Source: Octopus sinensis
Lineage: Eukaryota
Length of the DNA stretch: 64,000 nt
Direction: 5' to 3'
Assembly (NCBI RefSeq): GCF_006345805.1
Contig: NC_043000.1
Location: 26,908,001 to 26,972,000 of the forward strand
Shown here: positions 37,453 through 50,160 of the stretch, piece after piece
How the letters are laid out: each line of letters begins with the position of its first letter
Position numbering within the stretch: position 1 is the stretch's first letter
Notes under the pieces: generated by a model
The model's database searches: none
Seen by the model: only the letters and a program-made list of their open reading frames with translations
What the model was told of the DNA's origin: nothing
Program-made: the position numbers and the translations under genes

Positions 37453-39058
37453 GCCACCACCAAAACATACAAGAAAACCCGTAATTCCATATACGCAGAA
37501 GCAAAGGAGCTAGCCACCCGCCTTGACATAGAGGATCGCGTGGCGTGCCACGCCATACCACGCGATCTCCCACCACCACCATATTACACTTAAGGACCAT
37601 AAGTCTAACTTCCACTCCAGGGCCAAATGAGATAGGTATTATTAGCAAATGTATTCTCGATACTATCAACTCCGATATCAGAGGAGCTACAGGATTAATT
37701 CAATGGGACTCCAGCGCAGCCGTCGTAGACTAGTCCCGAGATCGAGAATAAATCAGCCTATAGGTTCACCCTGTTCGTCATTGTCGACTTCTTCCCTTCC
37801 ATATCTCAGCTCCTCCTTCATAAGGCCCTAACGTTTGCTGACAATACACCGGCATTAGTGGCCTTCACATCAGAATTATCATGAATGTCAGAAATTCAAT
37901 TGTAGCCCACGACGATTCCTTCTGGTTGAAAAGAGAAGGCGAACCATCGTTCGGCGTCTCTATAGGGTGCAATGGCGGAGTTGAAATCGCCGACCTCGTC
38001 GACATATGCATCTTGGATTCCCTCAAGGGACGTACCCACCCACATTGGTCGGCACTCTATAGGGACGACGGCGTGACTATCTAAAGCCGTATGACCAGCC
38101 ACAACATGGACAGGTTCAAGAAGGCCTTGACAGAAGTATTTAAGGAACTCGGTCTGTCCATAACGGTTGCAAAAAACCTAACTACAGTCAATTTCTTGGA
38201 CCTGAGTACGGGCACATATTACCCGTACAGGAAGCCTAACTAGAATACAGTATACATCCAAAAGACCTCACCCCCACTGTAATTAGGAACCTGATTCCAG
38301 CCATTAGAAGACAATTATGTAATTTCTAGGAAAAGAGCCGTCCCCGCTACGACGTTGCTTTGGCTAGGAGCGGGTTTGCTGAGAAGCTCACGTATGTGGA
38401 CAAATTCCAAACAGCCTCTCTTCACCCCAAAAGGATTAGGAGAGGGAAAATTATATGGTTTAACCCCACTTTCAACGTATAAGTTACTATCAACATAGAT
38501 AGGGGCTTCCTATCGTTAATTAAGAAACACTTCCCCATAATGTCAAGGTGAGCAACTCCTGGTTAGAAAACATCGCATCTAACATCGCATGCATCAACAG
38601 ACGTAAAAATGCACCCACACCACCCCAAACCCAACCTGCAACGTCCGAAACCCCGCTGTACGCATCCTAGAATGATCTTTCCTATCAAGGGCCGTATTAT
38701 ACAGAACTACCCTTACTCCATCCGATGGCATTACTAGGCACTATACGGGTATGACAGTTAATGATTTCAAGGGAAAATATTCCCAGCATATGTATTCATT
38801 CAGATCCAGGGACAGAGATAGATTTACTTCCCTGTCTCGTTTTCTCTGGAGACTCCGTGATTTCCGAGATAAAATACCCAGCATCAAGTGGTGTATTATC
38901 GACAGGGCGCACCCAACCGCCAGCTCTTCCTCCGCGAAAAACTACATATCCTTCAACAACCCGTATCATCCATCAACAAGAAATACAATTTATCGTATCG
39001 TTGTCACCAGAGGTATGCTCTTCTGGCTAATTTTAGGCCTCTGACTGCCGATATCTAG
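37453..39058 (+). pseudogene. Penelope-like element RT + C-terminal GIY-YIG (Naiad/Neptune-like), heavily disrupted
   Basis: TKTYKK..EAKELATRLDIEDR, ITLKDHKSNF, EIGIISKCILD, IVDFFPSI, FGVSIGCNGGVEIADLV, LYRDDG, VNFLDL, YYPYRKPN, IIWFNP; then VLYR..HYTGMTVNDFKGKYSQHMYSF..IKWCII..SINKK..CHQ. Many stops and frameshifts. Clade label is from remembered motifs. Confidence 0.88.
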
Positions 39059-39526
39059 TATGTACCACATTAGCACCAACTGCTACTCTGCAACCAACAG
39101 CTGGTGTTACTCTATTTGTTATTAAAGTCTGTTTATTCGATCCCCTTGGAATACAGTAAAACTCAACAACCATTCTTGGATATACTAATCATCAAAAGAC
39201 AAAATCATTGAAACATATATTCACTACAAACAGATTCTAAACAATACTTATTGTTCTCCTCATGCCATCTCAAACACACAAAAGTAATATCCCCTTTTAA
39301 ACAGCATTTGGTAGTGAAGCGATACTACCTAGTACGGGCGAACTGGGGTTTTGAGGAGTGCAGAACTGTGGTTTTGAATAGATGTCAGGCTTAAAGATTA
39401 CTAGGGCCGATTCGCTCAGCTTATGTTTATCAATGCGGTGCCCCGGCATGGCCTCAGTGCAATGACTGAAATGTGAAGAACGATAAAAGACAAAGATATA
39501 TCTTAATTATGCACTTCATATGCATA

Positions 39527-40809
39527 CGAGGGGCGTTCAATAAGTAATGCCTCTGACCCACTTGCAATTGTTTGATCTAGCTGGAGTTTTGCTTGTGCAA
39601 TTACCTATATCTCTATAGATTAAGTGGTAAATTACAGCTCTGGACTAATTGTGGTTTCTGATTTACAGGTGTTTAAACTGAGTCAAGTGTGAAATGGAGC
39701 CTGTTGAATGTCGGGCATTGATCCGCTTTTTATATTTGAAAGGACGCACACCACGGGAGACTTTTGATGAAATGAAAGTAACTTATGGTGATGATGCCCC
39801 ATCATATGACCTTGTAAAACGCTGGCATTGTGAATTCAAACATGGTCGGAACTCTGTGGAAACAGCTCCCAGATCTGGTCGCCCCCTACTGCTATTGATG
39901 AGGCATCTGTCCATCAAGTTGAAGCTGCCATTTTGGAAGATCGACGCATAACTATTCGGCAAATAGCCCATGAGGTCAAGATTAGTACCGGGTCTGTGGA
40001 ATCCAATCATTCATGACCATTTGCATATGTCTGGCAGATGGATTCCCAGGTTGCTCATACCTTTCCGGAAGCAAGAATGCGTCGAGTGCTCGAGGATGAA
40101 TTTGGAGATGTGCCAAGAAGATGAGTCAACATTTTTCAAAAGAATGATTACACAGGATGAAACCTGGGTCCATCACTATGATCCAGAGACAAAAGCCCAG
40201 TCAATGCAGTGGAAGCACCGTGACTCACCTCCTCCAAAGAAGGCAAGGGTGCAGCCCTTCACTAGCAAGGTCATGCTCATAGTCTTCTGGGACCAGGACG
40301 GAGTAGTGATGACAGATTTCCTGGCAAAGGGTACTACAATTACAGGAGCCTATTATGCTTCACTTTTGATGAAATTAAGAGAAGCTATCAAAATCAAGAG
40401 GCGGGGCAAGATCAGCAAAGGCATCCTCCTCCTGCAGGACAACGCTCCGGTCCACAACTCGATGGTCGCCAGATCAGAAGCACAGGCGTGCGGCTATGAA
40501 CTCCTCCCCCTTGCCCCTACTCTCTTGACCTTGCACCCTCTGATTTTCACCTCTTCCCAGCCATGAAGTTGTTTTTGAAAGGAAAGCGTTTCCCAGATGA
40601 TGCAGCCTTGATTTCTGACGTCATGTCGTTGTTGGAGGACCAAGCTGGGGTCTTCTACAAAAACGGTCTCCAGAGCTGCATTAGACGATGGTAGAAATGC
40701 GTAACTATGAGTGGTTTCTATGTAGAAAAAGACTAATAACTGTGCCAAGTTTCGTTGCTCTACTGCTATGGGAAGTGGGTCAGGGGCATTACTTATTGAA
40801 CACCCCTCG
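39527..40809 (+). mobile_element. Full-length mariner (DD34D) transposon, 1283 bp
   Basis: TIR CGAGGGGCGTTCAATAAGTAATGCCTCTGACCC vs right-end reverse complement CGAGGGGTGTTCAATAAGTAATGCCCCTGACCC. TA TSDs at 39525-39526 and 40810-40811. Confidence 0.97.
39694..40736 (+). pseudogene. mariner transposase, frameshifted
   Basis: RALIRFL..VKRW..EFK.GR..RSGRP; WIPRLL; ITQDETWVHHYDPETK; KVMLIVFWD; LLQDNAPVH; YSLDLAPSDFHLF. Split over at least 3 frames with a late premature stop. Confidence 0.95.
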
Positions 40810-42361
40810 TAGCTGTTTGTTTCCTCTTCGTCTAAGCCCGCTACTATCATCCTCCATTATAAATAATCGAACATGTCTTCATCAATCGAATATGATGTAT
40901 GAGCAGAAGCCAGTGTTATAGGAATATGACGGTATATAATGAATTAAGTAATAATATAATATCTTAAAATAATGACTATGTCAAAGCAAACGAAATATTT
41001 TGGGAAATAACCGCTGGCCTTTACATGTATAATCCATGCCTGGCAGACTCTGCTGTTATTAGCTTGGTGTTTTAGAAATAACTTTTGTCTGATACACACA
41101 AACATAAACACACACTAACACTTCACAGACAATCACTACCGTACGTTTACACCAAAGAATTGTATAAATTTCAATCTACTTTCATCTCACATCTATTGGT
41201 TTCAAAACGGATTTCTAAGCTAATATAAATACTAGTTTACTTACGGCATTAACACTACTAATATTATCATTTCAGTTATTATTTCTAAAATCTAGATAGT
41301 AATATTGCCATCGCTGATCAGTCAATATGGCGCCTATCTGACGAGAGATCAACACTTCTATTGACGACATTATCACAAAGTTCGGCTGAAATTGAATCTT
41401 ATGTCTGCGGTATTCATCTTTTTGCTATCAAACCAATCGTATTTTTATAACAGTATTTCTATTTATTACCTTTTTCTCCCCACATCATGTCTCCCCATAT
41501 CGAATGTTCAGTTTTTCACTTACAGGGCAGATTTTTGATCTTTCATTTGTTACTAAACTTTTCTTTTTGTTTTGAGCGTCCTTTTGCAATGTATGTATAT
41601 ATGTATGCATGTATGTCTGTACTTACGTATGCACTTTTATGCATAGATAGGCATATATATATATATGATATATAAATAATATATACATATATGCATATAT
41701 ACACACATATATATATACATACGTACATATATATGTATATTTACATGCATATATGGGTACAGGATATAAAACAAACGTAGACAATATGAGAAACGAAAAC
41801 ATAAAAACAAAAACATAAAAAACGTACTTTTTTCGAAAAACGGAAAAAAAACAGAGAAACGAAACATGCAAACATAAAGAACATTCTCTTCATCATTGGT
41901 CTTACAAATGAAACTTAAATTAAGTTAATGAATGTGAGTCGGTGCTTGGTAGCAAAATATATTATACCTCTGTGACTAGCGTATGCATAAAATGACACAT
42001 TCTGTTTCTAAAGGAAGATTGACCATGTTGCCTTTGTGCTATGCAAATATTTATCTATAAACATTTTCTGTCTGCCATATTTATATATGCTATTTACTCT
42101 TTATTTTTGATACAAAAACATTTATTGGAGTGCGGCCGACTGGGGCATCATATTCAGTACTAATTTCAATACAGAACTTAACCTATCGACCTATATTTAT
42201 TGATAATTGTGAAATGCCTAGGTTACTTAGTATGCAAAAGGCCTTTGATTTTTATCTTCTACAGGTGGTGTTGGTACAAACACATTCGCTGAAAAATGGA
42301 CATACACTCACACACACACACACACAAACACACACACCACATACTCTCTGTCTTTCACACA

Positions 42362-42430
<69 letters not shown>

Positions 42431-42768
42431 ATATACACACACATACACACACATATATATAAATATATGCACACAGACATATAAACTTTCACTTTAGATG
42501 TGTTAGTGACATATATTATTAAATGTAAATTCACTGCGCTTTACTGCAGAGAAAAACATTCTCGTTTATGGTAAACTGTGTAAATACAAAATATGTGACA
42601 AGCATATTTGAACTAACCAAAGGTATATTTGTTTCATATCTCTGCCTCTTCTTACTGCTTATGAGTTTGTTCGAACCAGGTGCTCCACGAGTGCAGATCA
42701 ACCACTAGTATTGTCTGATTTATTACGAAGCCACGCCTTGGTCAGCTCAGGATTGCCTATCTTTTGTA

Positions 42769-42812
42769 ACTCTTTCTGAAGAGGACATAACTAGTCAGAA
42801 ACGTGAGCAGAT
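42769..42812 (+). ncRNA. Degenerate hammerhead-like motif
   Basis: CTGAAGA-GGAC-ATAACTA-GTCA-GAAAC: core intact, stem II has one mismatch, stems I and III are poor. Confidence 0.35.
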
Positions 42813-43077
42813 CTCCGATAGACGGTACCTCACAACTGATAACTGTGTATTTGCACATTTAGAAATTAGTGAGAACATTTTATTCGCGGTAAACTGCAAC
42901 GAAATGGACTTGAGAAGATAAAATATTTCACATATTTGAGTTACCCTAAAGTCTGTTTACTTCACATCACTGTTTCGCATTAATATCAATGTAGGCATGT
43001 GCATACACACAAATACACACAAACACTAGCACATACACACTAACACACATACACAAACACACACACACATATATATT

Positions 43078-43660
43078 TTAAAGCTTTCGCTCGTTACAAG
43101 TTCCTTAGACACTGAAAAGGCAACTAGAATAAAATGGACGCTAGACAGAAGTCAATAGGTGACGATGTACATTTGACTTAAATGACTGGAGGTTATATTG
43201 AAGAGGAAAACAAGACTGTAGAAGGGAATTCCAAAGTTCAGCAGTGTGAGCGAAAGAATTGGTACTGTAATGTGCTTGACGACACTTAGGAGGTTGCACA
43301 GTATACTGAAGTGAACTGGATGCAAGTCTAGTTGATCACTGATAGGTTCTTAAATGAGGAACCAGAGAAGAGAGCTCAGCGGAGCAATGTCCATGAAAAT
43401 ACTTATAGAAAACATACAAGGAAGCCACACGACGACGATGAGAGAGTAAATCCAATTTAGATGATAGATCAGGACCAACAGCATTACATATGTGACAACA
43501 GAATTGTATCAGGAGTGAGATACCTCATCAAACGAAGGAGTGAGCCTATCATCATTGGAGCTGATTTGGCAACAGATTTAATGTAAGTCCTTCAAGAAAA
43601 ATCATTACATTTAAAGGAGACCCTAATTCCGATGTATTTAATCTTGAATCACGATTGATG
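43078..43660 (-). mobile_element. Old CR1-group LINE 3' end with internal deletion
   Basis: Minus strand encodes YIKSVAKSA..MIGSLLR..YLTP / LSHRRRVASLYVFYKYFHGHCSAEL...FAHTAELWNSL...YNLQSFKSNVHRHL. Confidence 0.85.
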
Positions 43661-45706
43661 ATATATATTCTCATTATATGAGATGAAGTGGGGTACCATA
43701 TACTAGAGATCTCAACCCAATTTTTTCTTCCACTTTGCAAGCATTTAATATCTCTCAGGTGTGGCTATACCTCTTCAGCACCCTCACATCACCTCGCTTG
43801 GACATCTATCCGAAGTTTTAATTCTATGTTAATACAGATTCCCAAGTGTTAGCAGTGTGATCTAACTGTATTCTGTTCGTAGATGTTATTACAGGAAGAA
43901 ATGTGTTATTACTCTTAACAAATACTTAGATTTTTAAAAGGGTGAAATGATAACGTATATATATAGAAAGAGCGTGAAACGTATGTGTTGTCTATCGTGA
44001 GGCTTGCATATTTTCGAAACTGTTTGCTTACAAAATAAGCTGTTCCTGTCATACTTATAATGTGTGTTTTTTCCCACATGATAGAGTATTCAGTGAGTTC
44101 TTTTTTGAAGATGATAAGCCATGCGTTGTATTGCTAACTCGTCGTGCGATCACGTAGAGGCTCGCTCGTTTTCTTTGTATAGGTCTTCGAGTGCAAGTAG
44201 AGCAGTTGTGTTTATTACGTACGTCTCATGAGTGTCTATTGTATTACTGAATCCACCTTTTCTAATCACGGCTCTGTAAAATAACAACATCAGTGCAATG
44301 AATGGAAGATGGAAAGATCGTTATATGTAGAGCTACCAGTCAGCAAGAGTTAATGCTATATCAATTTAAATTTACTTTCAATTTCCACAAAGAAATCAAC
44401 GAATTGGTTGGGCGAAAGCGATGGATATTGCCGAATGATTTAGTTATATAGTTCAAGTAGATTAACCTTACGGAGCACTTAAGTCATTTTTCATCAGATC
44501 AAAATAAATAAGTAAATACAACATCATTTAAACCATTGTAACTCTGTGACACGTAGAGCTCTAAGCTTCATTCAATGCTAACTATTGAAGCCAGGAGGAA
44601 ATAGATAAGTAGCAGATTTCAGAGATTATAGATATAGATAACATTTCAAATATACAATTACACAATGTGAATTAATTAAATACTAAACCGTAGGTTAGTA
44701 ACTTAAATGTGAAATGAACTAATATCTTAAACATATTGACACTAGGCGTTATAGGAGAAATTTTAAAGTTCAAAATTCTCTCCCATATCACTTAGCTAAA
44801 CGCACATCAGCTGAAGATATGACAATAGACTGTTATCACTTTTAATCTAGCGGCGATAATGTGGCAGCATATATATCCATGAATTTTCCCATTCACTGCT
44901 ACCTAACAAGGTGATTGTTTATCAGCAAGAATGTGCAGGGATGGCAACTGTCAACTACTCGTAGATATTTGAAATGAGAAATGTCAGAGTTAGAAAGGTC
45001 GCTGAAGCATCGAACATACACACCCGGAGTTTTCGTTGGCATTTCATATTTTTCATCACTTTAAGCGTTTCCTGGCGTTTGCGTATAGATTTGGCTGGCA
45101 TCTCTCGGTTAATAATGGCTGACTGCTGGTTGATGGCAGTCGTTTGTTAAAAGTGTTGGGACTCTTGTTCCACAGGCTATATATATGGAAGTAATCGGAG
45201 AATGAAATTCGATTCCAGCCTCACTTCTAGATGCTTTCTTAACACACACACACACACACATCAGAAACAAACACAGTTATGTATGTATGTATGTATGTAT
45301 GTATGTATGTATGTATGTATGTATGAATGTATGTATGTATGTATGTATGTAAGTATGTATGTATGTATGTATGTATGTATGTATCTATCTATCTATCTAT
45401 CTACATCTCTATTTGTACACATTTTTATATTGTGAATGTGCGCTTAGGTTTATATACATGCATACATACATACATACATACATACATACATACATACATA
45501 CATACACACACATATATATGCTTGGAGGGACGCTTAAAGTTAAAACTACCAAAATAAATAAACACATAGTACCGAATGCAACTCTCGAAGTAAGTCATTT
45601 AAAAACAGAACTTAGCTGCACATCACTGTGATTTCATAATCCACGCTAACTACTTGGATAAATATTATAAAGATTTTATCCTATTTCAAAATTATATATA
45701 TATATG

Positions 45707-45781
<75 letters not shown>

Positions 45782-46224
45782 TATATATATATCCACACAC
45801 CTACACATGCAAGCATCCACACGTCAAGGTCACCAGCCCCAATCCACGCTCACACACTTACACCCAATCACTACACACGTACGCGCACCTCGTTTTGGAA
45901 TCACCACTACTTTATTATCTCTCCTTCTTCCTAGCACCCCTGTCTGACCACCTCCGTCCAGTCAGCCATCCAGCGGGCATGATCAACCGCTAGCCACTAA
46001 AGTTTTTTTTTTCATTCTCTCTCCCTTTATTTTTTCGCTTTCGCTTCTGTTGAAGAGCAGCGACTCGAAACGCAAAACGTTCACCTTCCCCAGCGTGAAA
46101 CTACTACACCTGTTTTCTGTTCGTACACCAGACTTCGTCTTTTGTTTCTTTTTGTAGATTCCAACTATATATATATATACACACACACACACATATGTAT
46201 TTATATATGTATGTGTGTATGTAT

Positions 46225-46262
<38 letters not shown>

Positions 46263-46266
46263 GTAT

Positions 46267-46302
<36 letters not shown>

Positions 46303-47710
46303 CGTCATATGTAAACAAGCATAAGTTTGTTTTTGAAGCGCTGAAATATATTGTAGTAAAAGTAGAAAGATATATTTTTCATCATGGCTGGTTGCTTATA
46401 AATTTTTCTGTTGTTAAAGGATTTTATCTTATACATGCTTTTCTATCAGTTCTTACGTGTTGAAAAATGTTTCTTTCTACTTGTATGGATCTACACACTA
46501 AGTCAAATATTTCTATGATCATCTGTTTTCAAGCTTATAAATATTTTAGTCCATACACAACTAATTACGGGCAACACCGAGAAACATTTTATTCGACATT
46601 TGTGCGTATTCTCGGTCAATGAGAACCCTGAGTACATTTCCGTTGCCATTTTAGTGCTGTAAACTTTATCCTTTATGAGTTGCTCTAAAAAAGTTTAGTG
46701 GTGTTGCTCCGGGTAATACGGAAGGTGTTCTATTGAAGCTGCTTATCAAATCCACCTGTACTGCAAAAACCTCATCAATAGGAGACCATACACATCTGTG
46801 GTTGTGTAGGGATGCTGCATCTTGCGTTAAATAAAGCTTCACATTTTGAAAGACTTCTTGAATGCTTGACATGACAAATTGTTGCTGTAAGTTCAAGTGA
46901 ATGGGATCAGTCACAATACGGTAAGAAAAAATGGTTAATACTTTTCATGAAATGACACACGTCACTGAAACTCCCAATAAATTAATATGGTGTCTATCTA
47001 ATATATCTAAATTACTAAGATGTATTTCTATAAGTGTAGAAACGTATATTTAAGAAGTGAAATGAACCAACATAAATATATATTCTTCTTACTAAAATGA
47101 CGTCTCCTGAAACACAGCAATCTTTAATAAATAATAATTGCATAAATGTCGTTGTCTTATAATTGGTCTCTTAAATAACCAAAATATGACATATACAAAT
47201 GAATATTTATTATTTAATGACTGAACATTGTTTTTCATCTAATTCAAATTTAAAATACTCAGTTTGTTTCTGACACGTCTTATGAGGCCGGAGATTACCC
47301 AGATTCTCGAGGCCTTTAAGCTGGGAGTAAAATGCGCGCCTATGAATGGGACAAAAGTATTATCCTCGTGACATTGGTAATTACTTTCAGCTGATTGTAA
47401 TGGAGCAACATATATATAATGAAGTGTCTTGACCAAGGAAAAGACGCACTATCGGTCCAGAAACGAATCCAGGGCTATCGATAGTGATCACTAATCTAAG
47501 CATCGCGCCTTCATTCACATAAATAACAATTATTCATAAATAATAACCAGCGCGAAGAAAGCATTAATCATTGAAAAATATTATCTTAGTTACGAGGCTG
47601 AATACGATAAACTTCATTAGTCAACTTCATCAAATTTCTTCTCAAGTCTCAACTTGTACGTCTTTAATTCGAAACACCACCACAAAAAGAACAACAAAAA
47701 ACTGATTTTC

Positions 47711-47783
47711 GGCGCAGGAGTGGCTGTGTAGTAAGTAGTTTGCTTACCAACCACATGGTTCCAGGTTCAGTCCCCCTGCGTGG
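47711..47783 (+). mobile_element. SINE B head, truncated at the CORE boundary
   Basis: GGCGCAGGAGTGGCTGTGTAGTAAG...CCCCTGCGTGGC stops where ACCTTGGGCAAG would follow. Confidence 0.9.
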
Positions 47784-47789
47784 CTAGCC

Positions 47790-48404
47790 CTTAGAGGGCA
47801 AAGAAATTTTGTTTCTTCCCACGTATTGTGGGAAGAGGTTGACAAGAGCTTGGGTCTGCGGGTTGCCACCCGGAATTAAGCCCGAGTAGATAGAGGAGAC
47901 TATCCGCCGGGGTCTGGGTGGCAGCAGAGCCAAGCTCCTGAATGTGAAAGTTTTTCCTGCGGCTGATTGGGTTGGGTCAAAAGCTGTTTTGACCATGTGG
48001 ACCCAATCAACCAATTTGGTTTTTCTAGAATTTTTGAAAATTACCGGGTGCATGTACCCAGTGATTCTTCAGGATCGCCCCCACCCCAGGTGTCTGGAGT
48101 CTGGCCATATAAAAAAAACTATTCCCAGGAACAAAGTAAGGTCTTGGAGCAGTTGGTTGAGCCCTCTGTAGAAGAGGAAACGAAGGCAGCTGAGGAGGCG
48201 GAGGACCCGTCAAAGAAGGGCCTCATGAGGAAGAAAGTGAGCAACAATGGGTGCTCACCGAAGATTCCTAGGAATGAGAGTGGGGTGCGAATCTCCCGGT
48301 CACGGAGGAGACGCGCCCTCCCTCAGGTGAAAAGAAAAAAGAGCAAGAGGAAGAGAAACGAGACATTGTCGGCAGTCGGTGACATAGTATCGGAATGTCC
48401 CTGA
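47790..48404 (+). pseudogene. Non-LTR retrotransposon ORF1 (gag-like) fragment with degenerate zinc knuckle
   Basis: EILFLPTYCGKRLTRAWVCGLPPGIKPE*IEETI...YPVILQDRPHPRCLESGHIKK (frameshift), then a charged low-complexity tail. The V.GLPP.I..E.I and V....RP..C..C...GH pattern is typical of LINE ORF1. Confidence 0.6.
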
Positions 48405-48503
48405 ACATCGTCAGTAGGGGTTGTACCACTGGCTGGAGTTGTGTATATATAAACAACGGGTATCTTTTAATTTCCGTCTACCAAAGAGGTAGAAACAACA
48501 CAT

Positions 48504-48887
48504 AAGTAAGTCTAAGACATTTCAATTTAAGATGGAATTCAGATAAAAATTATTTCTAAAGAATTATTTAAAAGATTATATAAAAATGTTATTACGGTTT
48601 CGATGATTCTTATCTTATCAGTAAAAATTTATAAAACTTTGAAGGAAAGACCGTTTATTTTCTGTCTGGGGTTCAAAAACATGTCCTGATCCCAAGGCAG
48701 ACATGTTCTTGACTCCCAGATAGAAGATCAATTGTTTTCACTGCAAATTTTTATAATTTTTTACTAATATTTAACAAGATGAGATTCATCGAATCCAGTA
48801 ATATCTCCTTTATGTAAATTTTTAAATAATTCGTTAAAATCGTTTTTATTAAATTCCTTCTTAAATTGAAATGTCTTAGACTTACTT
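48504..48887. repeat. Long imperfect inverted repeat (fold-back/MITE-like), ~185 bp arms, 14 nt loop
   Basis: AAGTAAGTCTAAGACATTTCAATTTAAGA (perfect outer 29 bp) vs TCTTAAATTGAAATGTCTTAGACTTACTT. Centre AACATGTC-loop-GACATGTT. Confidence 0.9.
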
Positions 48888-48949
48888 CTGTCCTTGATAT
48901 ATTAAAGTTTGATTTGCATATTTCTCCAATCTTTTTTCAGCCTATATAT

Positions 48950-49190
48950 ACGTGTGTGTGCGTATGTGTATGTGTGTCTGTTTGTGTCTGTGTTTGTCCC
49001 CACATCATCGTTTAACAACTGTTGTTGGTGTGTTTACGTTACCGTAACTTAGCGTTTCGGCCAAAGAGACCAATGAAATAAGTACTAGGCTTATAAAGAG
49101 TAAGCCCTGTGGTCGATTGGTTCGACTAAAAACCTTTCTCTAGTATGGCCGCAGTCAAATGACCGAAACAACTAACGAAAGAAGAAAAGA
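48950..49190 (+). mobile_element. SINE B 3' half
   Basis: (TG)n, then GGTGTGTTTACGTTACCGTAACTTAGCG...ATGGCCGCAGTCAAATGACCGAAAC. Confidence 0.85.
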
Positions 49191-49196
49191 ATATAT

Positions 49197-49301
<105 letters not shown>

Positions 49302-49704
49302 TGTGTGTCTCTGAGTGCATGTACATTTTTATATATACGCATGCACTTACATACGTGTTCTGGCATGCAGTTACATAAACATTCGTCTATGTTAATATCT
49401 CCATAGAACGTAAAAAGTATTTCAGCGCCAAATATGGCCAGAGACGGCGTATCACAGTTTCGTATTGGAAACAATCGTGTAACTACTAAAATGAATTATG
49501 TAAAATATACACAAGAACCATTCATTAGTTGCAGATGGATTTAGTTCGTTGGATTCATCACTGGTGCACGTTGTATCTACCTCGGATAGATGAAAATCAC
49601 GTTCTTGTAGCAAGGGATTTCAAGTGAAAACAAAGAGCAAAACGAAATACAACCAATTACTTTACTGTACCATCAAGTCTATTACTCCCTTCTTGTGTAT
49701 TATA

Positions 49705-49871
49705 GGCGTAGGAGTGGCTGTGTGGTAAGTATCTTGTTTACGAACCACATGGTTCCGGGTTCATTCCCATTGCGTGGCACCTTGGGCGAGTGTCTTCCTC
49801 TATAGCCTCGGGCCGACCAAAGCCTTGCGAGTGGATTTAGTAGACGGAAACTAAAAAAAGCCCGTCGTATT

Positions 49872-49932
<61 letters not shown>

Positions 49933-50160
49933 CTGTGTATGTATATGTTTGCGTGTCTTCGTTTGCCCCCTCAACATCGCTTAATAACAGATGCTGGTGT
50001 GTTTACGTCCCCGTAACTTAGCGGTTCGGCAAAAGAGACCGGTAGAATAAGTACTAGGGTTATAAAGAATAAGTCCGCGGGTCGATTTGCTCGACTGGAG
50101 GCGGTGCTCTAGCATGACCGTAGTTAAATGACCGAAACAAGTAAAAGAGTAAAAGAGTGA
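49705..50160 (+). mobile_element. SINE family B
   Basis: Full copy with internal (TA)n and (AAAAGAGT)n tail. Confidence 0.93.

Noticed and set aside
38673-38675. In-frame TGA in the PLE Cys cluster as possible selenocysteine
   Set aside because: It aligns with the expected Gly of CPLxGxC (GGA to TGA), not a Cys column, and the element has many other stops.
47967-48404. 145 aa charged ORF as a host nuclear protein
   Set aside because: It is the frameshifted continuation of a LINE ORF1-like fragment embedded among SINE pieces, with no splice context.
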